Virus record (IMG/VR): IMGVR_UViG_3300046779_000230
Span: 87,562 to 126,495 of that record
Length of the DNA: 38,934 nt
Source of the DNA: a virus
Taxonomy: Duplodnaviria > Heunggongvirae > Uroviricota > Caudoviricetes
Direction: 5' to 3' (one strand)
Each line of letters begins with the position of its first letter. The first letter of the stretch is position 1. Shown piece after piece: positions 18,865-28,048 of the stretch. Under the pieces are notes generated by a model. It did no database searches. It saw nothing but the letters and a program-made list of their open reading frames with translations, and was not told the origin of the DNA. The position numbers and the translations under genes are program-made.

Positions 18865-20369
18865 TATAGTCCAGCCTTGATTTTATCTTTTGTCAATAGA
18901 GCCAGTTCTCTGAATGATAATTGTACGTTAATCTGTGTTGGCATACCATTAGCGAAAGTATTGAACGAACCGTTAGGCGTGTAGTTAATACTCATTTCTG
19001 TTAACACACAAGAGGTATGTCTGTGTAGGTTTGGGTTTTCTTTACCGTTCTGGTAGTAAAAAATGTCAAACTCAGATGGATACACATAAACAAAATTATT
19101 GTCATCCTTGAATTCAGGATGCATATGATACTTAAATTCTTCGATTATTCGTAGAACATTTCTAGCTTCGTTGACGCTTCTTGGGAAAAACTGGTATTCA
19201 AACTGGAATGATCTATAGTCAACACCTTTAAATACTTGTTCTTTCTTTGGGTTTGCTGCCAAACCAAGTGCTGCAGAATTAGCTCCAGCGTTTGGTCCTT
19301 TAGATAGAGCTAAGTTTGCGATAATTGCAGCACCAACACCAGTAACATCACTGTTCTTGTCTCCGCTTAGAGCCTTAACGATTTCTTCACCACCTTCTGA
19401 TGCCATAGCCAATATAGCAGTATCTTCATCTGACCACTGAACACCGTATCTAATTTGTAGCTGGTTAGGTACGTGTAAGGCAATCGCAGTCTTTAGTCGT
19501 TTCTTACCACGAAGAACTTCTGGAGCTAGTGTTGATGCAACACCAACACCAACTGTTCCAATGTTTGCTATTGCTGCACCCTTTGCCGCACCTTTTATAC
19601 CACCGCCCAATGCAATAGAACCAGCTGCTACGCCTCCGATTGTATTAACAGTGGCATTAGAAGCAACCAATCCAGTCTTGGTCATTTTACTTCCAACCAT
19701 ATCTCCAGCATCTCTTGGCGTCATATCATTGACCGTTGCTGCAGCATTCTTTCCATTAACTAACTTAGAATCACTTGCTACGTTAATATAGAAGATAACA
19801 TAATGCTTACCATACTTTGATTCGTCTGACATTAAGTCATCTGGATACATATGATTCTTGACTTCATACTTGTTTGCATTAGTAGAAGACTTAGCTGTAG
19901 TCGGAGTTGCAGTTGGAGAAGATGTTGCAGCTGACGCTGGTTCTTTTACTGGTGCAGCTTGTTCTGAAGCAGTAGTACTAGAAGATGAACCTTCGCTTGT
20001 AGAAGAATCTGCTGCAGCACCTGCAGATGTAGATTCTGGGGCAGCTTCGGTGACTTTCTTTTCAGCAGCTTTATCTGCTTCGTACTTAGCTTTCTGAGAA
20101 GCCTCATATTCAGCATTTTTTGCAGCTTCTAATTCTCTCCACTTAGCTTGATTGGCATCTGCTGCTGTGCTAGTTGTAGTTGCATCAAGAGCTTCTGCTT
20201 GGTCGCGTAATTGTTTAGCTCCTTCAACGTCTCCACCCTGACGCAATTGTCGCGCCTTATCGCGAAGTGCGTCAGCTTCTGCTTGAATCTTTCTATTCTT
20301 CTCGTTCTCTGCGTCTAAGGCAGTTTGCGTTTGAGCGTACTGTAACTCTAATTCTGCGACTGTTGCCAT
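18864..20369 (-). CDS. gp48: Baseplate tail-tube cap gp48 with N-terminal extension
   Basis: IALHVP, NPKKEQVFKGVDYRSFQFEYQFFPRS.NEA, VYPSEFDI, CVLTEMSINYTP, LSFRELALLTK. Confidence 0.88.
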   Translation of the reverse strand: MATVAELELQYAQTQTALDAENEKNRKIQAEADALRDKARQLRQGGDVEGAKQLRDQAEALDATTTSTAADANQAKWRELEAAKNAEYEASQKAKYEADKAAEKKVTEAAPESTSAGAAADSSTSEGSSSSTTASEQAAPVKEPASAATSSPTATPTTAKSSTNANKYEVKNHMYPDDLMSDESKYGKHYVIFYINVASDSKLVNGKNAAATVNDMTPRDAGDMVGSKMTKTGLVASNATVNTIGGVAAGSIALGGGIKGAAKGAAIANIGTVGVGVASTLAPEVLRGKKRLKTAIALHVPNQLQIRYGVQWSDEDTAILAMASEGGEEIVKALSGDKNSDVTGVGAAIIANLALSKGPNAGANSAALGLAANPKKEQVFKGVDYRSFQFEYQFFPRSVNEARNVLRIIEEFKYHMHPEFKDDNNFVYVYPSEFDIFYYQNGKENPNLHRHTSCVLTEMSINYTPNGSFNTFANGMPTQINVQLSFRELALLTKDKIKAGL

Positions 20370-20380
20370 CGGGTGTTCTT

Positions 20381-20417
20381 CTAAATAAAGGGTATGAAAT
20401 TATCTTCTATTATTTAT
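20381..20417. promoter_or_regulatory. Divergent putative late promoters between gp48 and gp4
   Basis: CTAAATA on plus (20381-20387) toward gp4; ATAAATA on minus (20417-20411) toward gp48. Confidence 0.45.
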
Positions 20418-20862
20418 GTTCCATAAAAGAAAGTACACGCCTGTATTTCCAGAGAAATACACAGGAGACCCATCAAATATCATAATGAGGTCTAGTTGGG
20501 AGACTCGTTTTGCAAATTGGTGCGATAAAAACCCGAACATAGTCAAATGGAGTTCAGAGGAAACCATAATCCCATATCGTTGCCCAACCGATAACTATAT
20601 CCACCGTTATTTTGTTGATTTTAAAATACAAGTTCGCACAACAGATGGTATTCTAAAAACATATCTGGTTGAGATAAAACCAGCTGCACAAACAATTCCA
20701 CCTGTATATCCAGGGAAACAAACAAAGCGTTATCTAACAGAATCAATGACATTCTTAAAAAACCAAGCCAAGTGGAAAGCTGCAACTGAGTATGCCAAGG
20801 ATCGTGGGTGGGAATTTAAGATCATAACAGAATATGAACTCGGTCTCAAGCAACCTAAATAA
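20416..20862 (+). CDS. gp4: Head completion protein gp4 (TnsA-like nuclease fold)
   Basis: KYTGDPSNIIMRSSWE..WCD..WSSEE..PY..HRYFVDF..VEIKP..NQAKWKAA..GWEFKIITE. Confidence 0.92.
   Translation: MFHKRKYTPVFPEKYTGDPSNIIMRSSWETRFANWCDKNPNIVKWSSEETIIPYRCPTDNYIHRYFVDFKIQVRTTDGILKTYLVEIKPAAQTIPPVYPGKQTKRYLTESMTFLKNQAKWKAATEYAKDRGWEFKIITEYELGLKQPK
20855..20861 (+). promoter_or_regulatory. Putative late promoter (CTAAATA)
   Basis: 5 nt upstream of the gp2 ATG. Confidence 0.4.
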
Positions 20863-20866
20863 TTAA

Positions 20867-21466
20867 ATGGCAAAACAACCCGTAAAAGACGTATTCGAAC
20901 GTAACCGCTATGACTTGGCTACAGCTGCCAAGAGATCAAGAAGTTGGTTCGATCAACAAGTCAGAATGCTGGCTGGGGAAAACCTCACGCCACAAAAGCT
21001 ACTGGCTACAAACCCAGACAAGCTAGAAAATAGGATCCAAGCTGGGCATCTTTATATGTTCATGTATGATCCAAAGACTAAAGATAAACTACCGTATTAC
21101 GATAGATTCCCGTTGGTTTTCCCATACAGAAGAACAGAAGACGGTTTCTATGGATTGAATATGCATTATCTTCCATATCAACTAAGAGTTGGTTTGTTGG
21201 ATAACTTAATGATGTTCAGAACAAATAATAGAATGGATGAGTTGACAAGATTAAAGTATTCTTGGGCAGTTATAGATGGAGTTTCCAAATTTGCTGCTGC
21301 TCAACCATGCGTGAAAAGATACTTGGGTGATCATGTTAGAAGCCAGTTCAGAAAAGTAGATGCCAATGATTGGACTACTGCTATGCTTCTACCTGTAGAG
21401 AAATTCGTCAAGTTGGATAAACAAGCAGTCTGGGCAGAATCCAGACGAATTATGAGAAAACGCTAA
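20867..21466 (+). CDS. gp2: DNA end protector protein gp2
   Basis: GHLYMFMYDPKTKDKLPYYDRFPLVF, GFYGLNMHYLP, CVKRYL.DHVRS motifs. Confidence 0.92.
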   Translation: MAKQPVKDVFERNRYDLATAAKRSRSWFDQQVRMLAGENLTPQKLLATNPDKLENRIQAGHLYMFMYDPKTKDKLPYYDRFPLVFPYRRTEDGFYGLNMHYLPYQLRVGLLDNLMMFRTNNRMDELTRLKYSWAVIDGVSKFAAAQPCVKRYLGDHVRSQFRKVDANDWTTAMLLPVEKFVKLDKQAVWAESRRIMRKR

Positions 21467-22119
21467 TGGCTTTAAAAGATTTCATCGCTCAAGTAAAGAC
21501 TGGTGGGCTGGCTCGAGGGTCTCACTATGCTGTTGAAATAACACCACCTATTGGTATGAGTGCTATCGGTAACATGCAAAAGATTTTGATGTTCTGCGAT
21601 CAAGCACAACTTCCAGGTCTCAATCTTTCTACCACACCAAACAGAGTTTTTGGCGAGATTAGAGAAGTGCCATACGAGAAGTTATTTGACAATATTAACT
21701 TGTCATTCTATATGGACCAAGACATGGAAGTTAAGTTCTTCTTTGATGCTTGGATGGGATTGATTCAAAATCCATACGATAGAACATTCAGTTATTATAA
21801 AGACTATATCGGATCTATGAAGATTCAAGTCCAAGACATAAATGATAATTCTCGTTATGAAGTAGAACTGTTTGAGTGTTATCCAAAGAATATCGGAGCA
21901 GTGGCTCTAGATTATTCTTCTAAGGACACTCTAAAATTAAATGTGACAATGCAATATAAACACTGGACATCTAAAACTGTATCCACATCAGCTGCTGGTG
22001 GTGCAACAGACAAGAGCCTTGTTGATAAGTATGGTAAAGTTGGAAAGTTCTTAATGGGTGCTGCTGGTTCTTATGCAGTCACTAAACTTCCAAGTTTGAT
22101 TGGTAAACTTAAAAGGTAA
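21466..22119 (+). CDS. Tail-tube initiator gp54-like (tail-tube fold)
   Basis: GGLAR..HYAVEI, CDQAQLPG, SFYMDQDMEVKFFFDAW, FECYPKNIGAVALDY, VTMQYKHW. Confidence 0.7.
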   Translation: MALKDFIAQVKTGGLARGSHYAVEITPPIGMSAIGNMQKILMFCDQAQLPGLNLSTTPNRVFGEIREVPYEKLFDNINLSFYMDQDMEVKFFFDAWMGLIQNPYDRTFSYYKDYIGSMKIQVQDINDNSRYEVELFECYPKNIGAVALDYSSKDTLKLNVTMQYKHWTSKTVSTSAAGGATDKSLVDKYGKVGKFLMGAAGSYAVTKLPSLIGKLKR

Positions 22120-22122
22120 TTT

Positions 22123-22539
22123 ATGAAGATTGATGATAACCTGTCTAGTGTGTTTGATGTAGCACCATCAAATGTGACAGATGTAGTGACTAAAGATGGT
22201 GAACTTGTTGTACCTTCTAATTCTAAAATAGAAGATGATTATGACGCAGCAAGAGGAAATTTACGTGAGTTGTTAACTTCTGGTAAGGCAGCGCTGCAAC
22301 ATGCACTAGAAGTAGCTAAACAATCTGAACACCCAAGAGCATTTGAAGTTGTGGGTAACTTAATGAAACAACTGGCTGATGTTAACCAACAACTTATGGA
22401 TATACATCAACAGAAGAAAAAGTTAGACACTCCAGAAAAAGGAGAAGCGTCTAAGCAAGTGACTAATAACAATGCTATCTTTGTTGGTAGCACTGCTGAG
22501 TTGAACAAAATGATCAAGAATATGACTAAAGGAGAATAA
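22123..22539 (+). CDS. gp16: Terminase small subunit gp16-like
   Basis: DDYDAARGNLRELL..G..AL..ALEVAKQSEHPRAFEVVGNLMK..NNNAIFVGSTAELNKMIK matches T4-like small terminases. Confidence 0.8.
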   Translation: MKIDDNLSSVFDVAPSNVTDVVTKDGELVVPSNSKIEDDYDAARGNLRELLTSGKAALQHALEVAKQSEHPRAFEVVGNLMKQLADVNQQLMDIHQQKKKLDTPEKGEASKQVTNNNAIFVGSTAELNKMIKNMTKGE

Positions 22540-22541
22540 TT

Positions 22542-23264
22542 ATGTCTTTACCTATAATGAGTACACCAACCTACAATTTGGTAGTACCTTCAACTGGAGT
22601 TTCAGTTAAATATCGTCCGTTTCTCGTTAAAGAAGAAAAGGCTCTTCTTATCGCGCAACAATCAGAAGATGTCACTATCATGGTTGATAGTTTGAAGTCA
22701 GTAATTAAATCTTGTTTGATTGACAAGGTTGACGTCGATAAACTAGCGACATTCGATTTAGAATACATCTTTACCCAAATTAGAGCAAAATCTGTTGGTG
22801 AAGTTATTGACTTATTATTCCCATGTGATAATGATCACGGGGAAGACAACGACAAGGCTCGTGTTAAGATTTCTATTGATCTGACAAAATTAGAAGTAGT
22901 AAAAGTTCCATCACACACAAATAAGATTGAACTATTCGGAGATGTTGGAGTTGTTCTAAAGTATCCAACATTAGATATCATGAAGCAGTTAGAAAATTTA
23001 AACGGCAATGATTTAGATGCAGTATTCTCTGTAGTTGCAGAGTCTATTGATTACATCTATCAAGGAGATGAGATCTTCTACGGTAAGGAACAAAAGAAAG
23101 AAGAGTTGATTCAGTTCTTGAATAATTTAACTTCTGAGCAGTTCGTTAAAGTACAAGAGTTCTTTTCTACAATGCCACGTATTAGTAAAGAAGTTGAATA
23201 TGGATGTCCTGTTTGCGGTAAGCAACACAAGAAAGTCCTAGAAGGAATGCAAAGTTTTTTTTAA
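22542..23264 (+). CDS. gp26: Baseplate hub assembly protein gp26
   Basis: MSLP..PTYNLVVPSTG..VKYRPFLVKEEKALL, FDLEYIF..IRAKSVGE, FF.TMP..CPVCG..LEGMQSFF. Confidence 0.88.
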   Translation: MSLPIMSTPTYNLVVPSTGVSVKYRPFLVKEEKALLIAQQSEDVTIMVDSLKSVIKSCLIDKVDVDKLATFDLEYIFTQIRAKSVGEVIDLLFPCDNDHGEDNDKARVKISIDLTKLEVVKVPSHTNKIELFGDVGVVLKYPTLDIMKQLENLNGNDLDAVFSVVAESIDYIYQGDEIFYGKEQKKEELIQFLNNLTSEQFVKVQEFFSTMPRISKEVEYGCPVCGKQHKKVLEGMQSFF

Positions 23265-23302
23265 TAAATCTTTGTCATGAATCGCTGTTCAACTTCTATA
23301 AA

Positions 23303-23443
23303 ATGAACTTTGCATTGATGCAGTATCACAAATACTCATTGAATGAACTAGAAAATATGATTCCATTCGAGAGAGATGTTTATGTTGCGATGCTAGTACA
23401 GTATCTAGAAGAAGAAAAACAAAGATTAGAAAGTAAGCGATGA
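23303..23443 (+). CDS. Short 'gp51'-like hub assembly ORF (46 aa from ATG; possibly the -1 frameshift extension of gp26); absent from ORF track
   Basis: MNFALMQYHKYSLNELENMIPFERDVYVAMLVQYLEEEK; the frame is open upstream through the T8 run at 23255-23262; ATGA overlap with the next gene. Confidence 0.8.
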   Translation: MNFALMQYHKYSLNELENMIPFERDVYVAMLVQYLEEEKQRLESKR

Positions 23444-25239
23444 CAGTTATAACCGCATCACCAAAAAGTTTTCAAGCCATGCTTAACGCACAAGCAGTGG
23501 CTAATGAACAGCTATTCTCTATAAGAGCATTGCTAGAAGAAGCTCAACTTGCTCAAATAGCAACTCTTATGGAGACTAAAAAAATTGATGATGATGGTGA
23601 TCGCCAAGAAAAAATTGAGTCAGACTCTTTAAAGGTTCAGAAAGACGCTCTAAAAGCGCAACAAGATCAACTTCAGTTGATGAAAGATGATATCTCTGAT
23701 CGTAAAAAGAGAGAAGAAGAACTGGCCAAAGTCATGGAAGGTATGAAGTCCTTCAAGACCCCACTCGAGAAAGTAAAGAGCACATTCTCAAATATAAAAG
23801 AAAAGTTCTCTGGTGAAAATATCAAAAAGTCATTTTTACAAAATACTAACATTTTAGGTATCAATGATAAGAAGTTAGAAAAGCAGAGATTTGCCACCGA
23901 ACAAAAAGCTCTTGGTTTTAAAGGCACCGAAAAAGAATTGTCTAGTAATTTCGAATCTGCATATGCAATCAAGAAAGATGCAGATAAGAATAAAGCCCAG
24001 ATCGATAAGATGGTTTCAGACACTGGTGGAAAGTACAGCGCTGAACAGATTGCCAAAACAAACCCAGAGATGGCTAAACTTCTCGATAAGAAAAAAGGTT
24101 TTGAATCTGAGTATTCTAAATTTGATTTAGGCTCTAAAGCCCTATCAACTGTATCTGAAACACCATCGCAAGCGTTTGCCAGCCAAGGCGAACAGCAAGA
24201 AATGGCAGCTGAACAAACAAAGGCAATTTCTGCTCAATCTGACTTGCTATCTAAAATCGAAGAAAACACAAGAGGTGGAGGAGCAGAACAAAAGGCTTCT
24301 GCTGCTTCTGGCGATTCAGGTGGTGGTTTGCTTGGAGGTATCGGAAAGGGTCTAGAAAAACTAGGTAATGGTTTAGCTAGATTAGGTGGTGGAGCAGGTA
24401 GAGGTATTGCTGGTTTCCTACGTGGACTGGCTATGGGATTAGCAGCAATGGCTAATCCAGCAACTATAGTTGGTCTTGGCGCAGCAACACTGGCAATTAT
24501 GGGTATCGGTAAAGCACTAGGATATGCTGCACCATTCATGGAAGCATTCGCACCTGTGCTAATCAAAATAGCAGATGTTGTTCAGAATGTATTCGTTGCA
24601 GCTATTGAAAAATTACCAGAAGTTATTACAGCTGTTGGCGAGGTTGTTATGGGTATCATCGGAGCAATCTCTGACGCCATCGTTGAAGTTATAGACTCTG
24701 TTGTTAGCGCTGTAGAACGTCTAAGTGAAGTCGACGGTGGCAACTTACTAAAAGTTGGTGCTGGTCTGTTGGCTATTGCTGGTGGTCTTGCCGCTTTTGG
24801 TGCAGGTACTGCAGTGGCTGGTGTTGGCAATTTGGTTGGTGGTTTACTTGGAGCAGTAACTCCAGGTGGTTCTGCCATGGATCAAATAATGCGTCTTGCT
24901 GACAAAGGTGAGAACATCGAAAAGGCAGGTATTGGTATAGAGAAATTGGCTGGTGGTATGACAGCATTCTCTGCTATTGATACTGATAAGATTAAGGCTA
25001 TTGCTGCTCTTCCAACAGAAAAGATTGCAGCTATGGGTGCTGCGATGGGACAAGCTGGTTTAGTTTATGCTAAGTCTGGTGAAAATGCTGGCGCTGCTAC
25101 CAAGTCTTCTGGTGGAAACAAAACAAATGTGGTTAACGCACCTGTGACTAACAGCACAGTTCAGAATCAGTTTATTAAATCTCCGATACGAAATCAAGAC
25201 TCTACGTTATCGAGATACATGCAAAGAAAATACGCATAA
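23440..25239 (+). CDS. Tape-measure/baseplate hub protein (gp29-like)
   Basis: 599 aa, helical K/E/Q-rich N-half, Gly/Ala-rich hydrophobic C-half, NVVNAP..N C-terminal motif; follows gp26/gp51; length is similar to T4 gp29. Confidence 0.7.
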   Translation: MTVITASPKSFQAMLNAQAVANEQLFSIRALLEEAQLAQIATLMETKKIDDDGDRQEKIESDSLKVQKDALKAQQDQLQLMKDDISDRKKREEELAKVMEGMKSFKTPLEKVKSTFSNIKEKFSGENIKKSFLQNTNILGINDKKLEKQRFATEQKALGFKGTEKELSSNFESAYAIKKDADKNKAQIDKMVSDTGGKYSAEQIAKTNPEMAKLLDKKKGFESEYSKFDLGSKALSTVSETPSQAFASQGEQQEMAAEQTKAISAQSDLLSKIEENTRGGGAEQKASAASGDSGGGLLGGIGKGLEKLGNGLARLGGGAGRGIAGFLRGLAMGLAAMANPATIVGLGAATLAIMGIGKALGYAAPFMEAFAPVLIKIADVVQNVFVAAIEKLPEVITAVGEVVMGIIGAISDAIVEVIDSVVSAVERLSEVDGGNLLKVGAGLLAIAGGLAAFGAGTAVAGVGNLVGGLLGAVTPGGSAMDQIMRLADKGENIEKAGIGIEKLAGGMTAFSAIDTDKIKAIAALPTEKIAAMGAAMGQAGLVYAKSGENAGAATKSSGGNKTNVVNAPVTNSTVQNQFIKSPIRNQDSTLSRYMQRKYA

Positions 25240-25242
25240 TAC

Positions 25243-25270
25243 AAAAAAGCCACCGAAAGGTGGCTTTTAA
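25243..25270. terminator. Bidirectional intrinsic terminator
   Basis: AAAAAA-GCCACC-GAAA-GGTGGC-TTTT between convergent tape-measure and gp32 genes. Confidence 0.9.
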
Positions 25271-25287
25271 CTTTTAGGGATAAAAGT

Positions 25288-26208
25288 TTATTCTTCTTTA
25301 GCGATCTTCTCGAAGTAAGACATCACATCATCGTCATCATCTTCCATTGGGGCTGGTTTAGATGCCTTTGGCGTGAACGCTGGAGCAGACTTTGCTTCTG
25401 GTGCTGGAGCACTTGGACGTTCATCTTCAGCCATTTCAGCTGCAGACTTAGGTGCAAAAGAGTCACCAGAAAGAACTTCATTCAGCTTCTTCTTCAACTC
25501 ATCGTAAGACTTGAAGTTTTTACGATCAGTGAATTCTGCCAGAGTATGGCGAGCAGACAACACACGAACGATTTCTTCATCATCAGAAGAAATTGGGCAT
25601 GGCTCAGTGAATACTGATTCGTCATAGTTCGCATAACCATCTTTCTTACGCATACGAAGTTTGAAGTTAGCACCTTGGTCAAAGTCAAAGACGTTGACTG
25701 GTTTCTCATCTTCAAATGTAGGGCGAGCCTTGTCCATGATCTTGTCGAAGATTTTCTTACCGAACTTGAACAGGAATACCTTACCTTCATTCTCAGGATG
25801 CTTTGGATCAGAAACAACCAGAATGTTACAGATGAACGCCAGCTTACGCTTTTGTTTACGTGCAATTTCTTTGTTTGTCTCAGTACCAGTGTTCCACAGT
25901 TGAGTGTTCAATTCACCAACAGGGTCATTCTCGCCGAGAGTAGTAAGAGAGTTTTCGATGTACCACTTACCAGTTGGACCTTGGAAACCGTGGGAAAAGA
26001 TTTTCACCCATGGTAGTTCGTCAGCGTCAGTCTTTGGTAGGAATCGAATAGTGGCAGTACCGTTACCAGCCTTGTCGCCTTCTAAACGCCAGAAGCGATC
26101 ATCAGCAAAAGATTTAGTTTCGGTCTGAGGGTTGGCAATCTTTTCGAATGCGTTAGAGATAGCACCGAAGTCAGAGTTGCGCATTTTGCGAAGTGTTTGA
26201 ATATCCAT
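25288..26208 (-). CDS. gp32: Single-stranded DNA-binding protein gp32
   Basis: DDRFW..DKAGNG.ATIRFLP, HGFQGPTGKWYIENSLTTLG..DPV, FKFGKKIFDK, GANFKL, YANYDES, acidic C-tail. Confidence 0.96.
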   Translation of the reverse strand: MDIQTLRKMRNSDFGAISNAFEKIANPQTETKSFADDRFWRLEGDKAGNGTATIRFLPKTDADELPWVKIFSHGFQGPTGKWYIENSLTTLGENDPVGELNTQLWNTGTETNKEIARKQKRKLAFICNILVVSDPKHPENEGKVFLFKFGKKIFDKIMDKARPTFEDEKPVNVFDFDQGANFKLRMRKKDGYANYDESVFTEPCPISSDDEEIVRVLSARHTLAEFTDRKNFKSYDELKKKLNEVLSGDSFAPKSAAEMAEDERPSAPAPEAKSAPAFTPKASKPAPMEDDDDDVMSYFEKIAKEE

Positions 26209-26233
26209 ATATTTTCCTTGTATAAACGTAGTA

Positions 26234-26446
26234 TTAAGATTTATTGTATTGTATCGAAATTTCGTCTTCTAGTCCAACATCATCCTCGAATGCGTCGTCA
26301 TAGAATTGGTCATCCTCTACATAACTATTTAGCGTTCTCATACCACCAGACTTTCTATTATTTGAATGTTTGGCGTGTTTCCCCGAACGGCTAGAGGGAT
26401 TATCATCATCGTAGCGATTAGATTGTTTATGGTAAGTCTTACCCAT
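26234..26446 (-). CDS. Hypothetical protein (basic N-half, acidic C-half)
   Basis: 70-aa ORF coupled to gp59 and upstream of gp32. Confidence 0.65.
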   Translation of the reverse strand: MGKTYHKQSNRYDDDNPSSRSGKHAKHSNNRKSGGMRTLNSYVEDDQFYDDAFEDDVGLEDEISIQYNKS

Positions 26447-27059
26447 TTTGTTGCTCTACAAATTCTTCCTTGAAGTGCTGGAAAATCTTTTCAGCTTTAA
26501 TTCTATCGTATTTAACAAATCCAGTCAACTTTTTAATGCGTCTAAGTTGTGATTCGAATGCAAACATTACAGGTGTTGTTTCCCACTTGTACAAGTATGG
26601 CTCAATATCATCTATCATTCTCATAGACTCTATAGAAACCTTGCCTGACAAGTAAAGTGTTAGAAGAACTGGAATGTCGCCAGAATCGGCATTGAACAGT
26701 TTATTGAATTCTATCTTAGTAGTTTCTAAATGAGTTACAACATTGGCAAGGTCATCTATAAAATTCTTTGTAATAGATTGTTTGCGTTTGGTCCACTCAG
26801 TTAGATTTTCTACAGACTGCGATCCTTCGTAAATAGCAGCTTCATCACCATAAGCAAAGTTCGCTACATAGAACTGTATGATGTCACGGTCTGTATCATA
26901 CTTATTCGACAATTTTTCAAAGATATATCGATCATTTCTAGAGTTGAACGAATCTCTTGACATTTTAACATTTCCTCTGTTTTCGAAGACGTTAAACTTG
27001 TCTGTGGTAAAGTGTAATTTTAATGCTAGGTAATACCTATATGCTTTATAACCGTCCAC
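26439..27059 (-). CDS. gp59: Helicase loader gp59
   Basis: YRYYLALKLHFTTDKF, RNDRYIFEKLS..FYVANF; located between gp33 and gp32 as in T4. Confidence 0.88.
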   Translation of the reverse strand: MDGYKAYRYYLALKLHFTTDKFNVFENRGNVKMSRDSFNSRNDRYIFEKLSNKYDTDRDIIQFYVANFAYGDEAAIYEGSQSVENLTEWTKRKQSITKNFIDDLANVVTHLETTKIEFNKLFNADSGDIPVLLTLYLSGKVSIESMRMIDDIEPYLYKWETTPVMFAFESQLRRIKKLTGFVKYDRIKAEKIFQHFKEEFVEQQNG

Positions 27060-27267
27060 TTTGTGCTCTCATATTTCTGCACGCTTCACGTGCTGCTGGT
27101 GGAAAATCTGGAGAGATTTCAGATAATTCACAGTTGTAAACTACAACGGGTTGTTTAGGCATAGAATTTAAAAAGTAAAACCCAACGCCAATCCACACCG
27201 TTGCGAATATACCAATACCGATATTAGATATCAAGTTGCGCTTGTTTTGGAAGATAGTTGAGTTCAC
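27046..27267 (-). CDS. Small membrane-anchored hypothetical protein (start uncertain)
   Basis: Hydrophobic IGIGIFATVWIGVGFYFL then YNCELSEISPDFP..REACR; 44-nt overlap with gp33 suggests a later start. Confidence 0.55.
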   Translation of the reverse strand: MNSTIFQNKRNLISNIGIGIFATVWIGVGFYFLNSMPKQPVVVYNCELSEISPDFPPAAREACRNMRAQSGRL

Positions 27268-27439
27268 GGAAATTCATTTCAATTTTATCACGAAGAGACT
27301 TGTTGATGAGTGAAGAAACATCATCAGGCTCAATGTAATTTTCTTTACAATATTCTAAGACCGCATCCATGTGATTGAGTTTTCGATCTTTTACCATCTG
27401 CTCGATGTGCAGTGAAAATTCGTTTGACGATTTAAACAT
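27224..27439 (-). CDS. gp33: Late-transcription coactivator gp33
   Basis: FSLHIEQMV..HMDAVLEYCKEN.IE..V..LINKSLRDKIE..ELNYLPK. Confidence 0.88.
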   Translation of the reverse strand: MFKSSNEFSLHIEQMVKDRKLNHMDAVLEYCKENYIEPDDVSSLINKSLRDKIEMNFRELNYLPKQAQLDI

Positions 27440-27644
27440 TCTTTTTAATCCAGTATTCTACATTGCGGATTTCCTGAGAAAGTTTACCATATTCCTCGTG
27501 TTTCTTTCGATAAAGTTTCCATTGAGGTGTATTGGGTTTTTCTGGATCCATCTTACTACCAAACTTGTCCAAGAACATAGTAAAGAACCGATCCATTTTC
27601 ATTCTCTCGGCGCAAAGTTGATTGTGTTTAGCTACATAATTCAT
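27432..27644 (-). CDS. Hypothetical protein (start uncertain: 27644 or 27602)
   Basis: ORF between promoter at 27645-27673 and gp33. Confidence 0.55.
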   Translation of the reverse strand: MNYVAKHNQLCAERMKMDRFFTMFLDKFGSKMDPEKPNTPQWKLYRKKHEEYGKLSQEIRNVEYWIKKNV

Positions 27645-27673
27645 ATTATATCTTAAACGATATTGCAAGGCAA
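27645..27673 (-). promoter_or_regulatory. sigma70-type early promoter
   Basis: TTGCCT-N17-TATAAT. Confidence 0.7.
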
Positions 27674-27677
27674 TTCG

Positions 27678-28013
27678 TTATCCTCTCCTCATAGTTGCAA
27701 TTTCAATAGCTTGCTCATCAGAGAATACTGGAACTGCATTCGACTTATGCATCGTTCCAATACCCTTGATGGCAGAACCTGTATATACTGGGTTTGGTTT
27801 CTTGGCACAGACTCCACCAGAGAATGGTAGACTTGGAATCTTTGGTGTTTCACGGATAAAGGGTTTGGGCGCACTGATTGGCTTCACAGCCTTCAGTGGC
27901 TTCTTTGGTTCGTACTTCTTCATCAACTTTTCCCACGATGCGTCCAACTCGCGTTGCTTTGCTGTTGGTTTGCGTTTCTTAGATTTACCGAGTGAAGTGT
28001 GTATCATCTGCAT
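27678..28013 (-). CDS. Conserved-looking basic hypothetical phage protein
   Basis: 111 aa, K/R/P-rich, C-terminal YTG..IKGIGTMHKSNAVPVFS.EQAIEIATMRR. Confidence 0.7.
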   Translation of the reverse strand: MQMIHTSLGKSKKRKPTAKQRELDASWEKLMKKYEPKKPLKAVKPISAPKPFIRETPKIPSLPFSGGVCAKKPNPVYTGSAIKGIGTMHKSNAVPVFSDEQAIEIATMRRG

Positions 28014-28019
28014 GATTCT

Positions 28020-28048
28020 ATTATACCTTAATCAGCGTTGCAAGTCAA
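28020..28048 (-). promoter_or_regulatory. sigma70-type early promoter (leaderless geometry)
   Basis: TTGACT-N17-TATAAT, then 6 nt to the ATG at 28013. Confidence 0.8.

Noticed and set aside
20416-20862. TnsA-like nuclease suggesting a Tn7 transposon or homing endonuclease
   Set aside because: Sequence and position beside gp2 identify the core T4 gp4; no transposon ends or partner genes.
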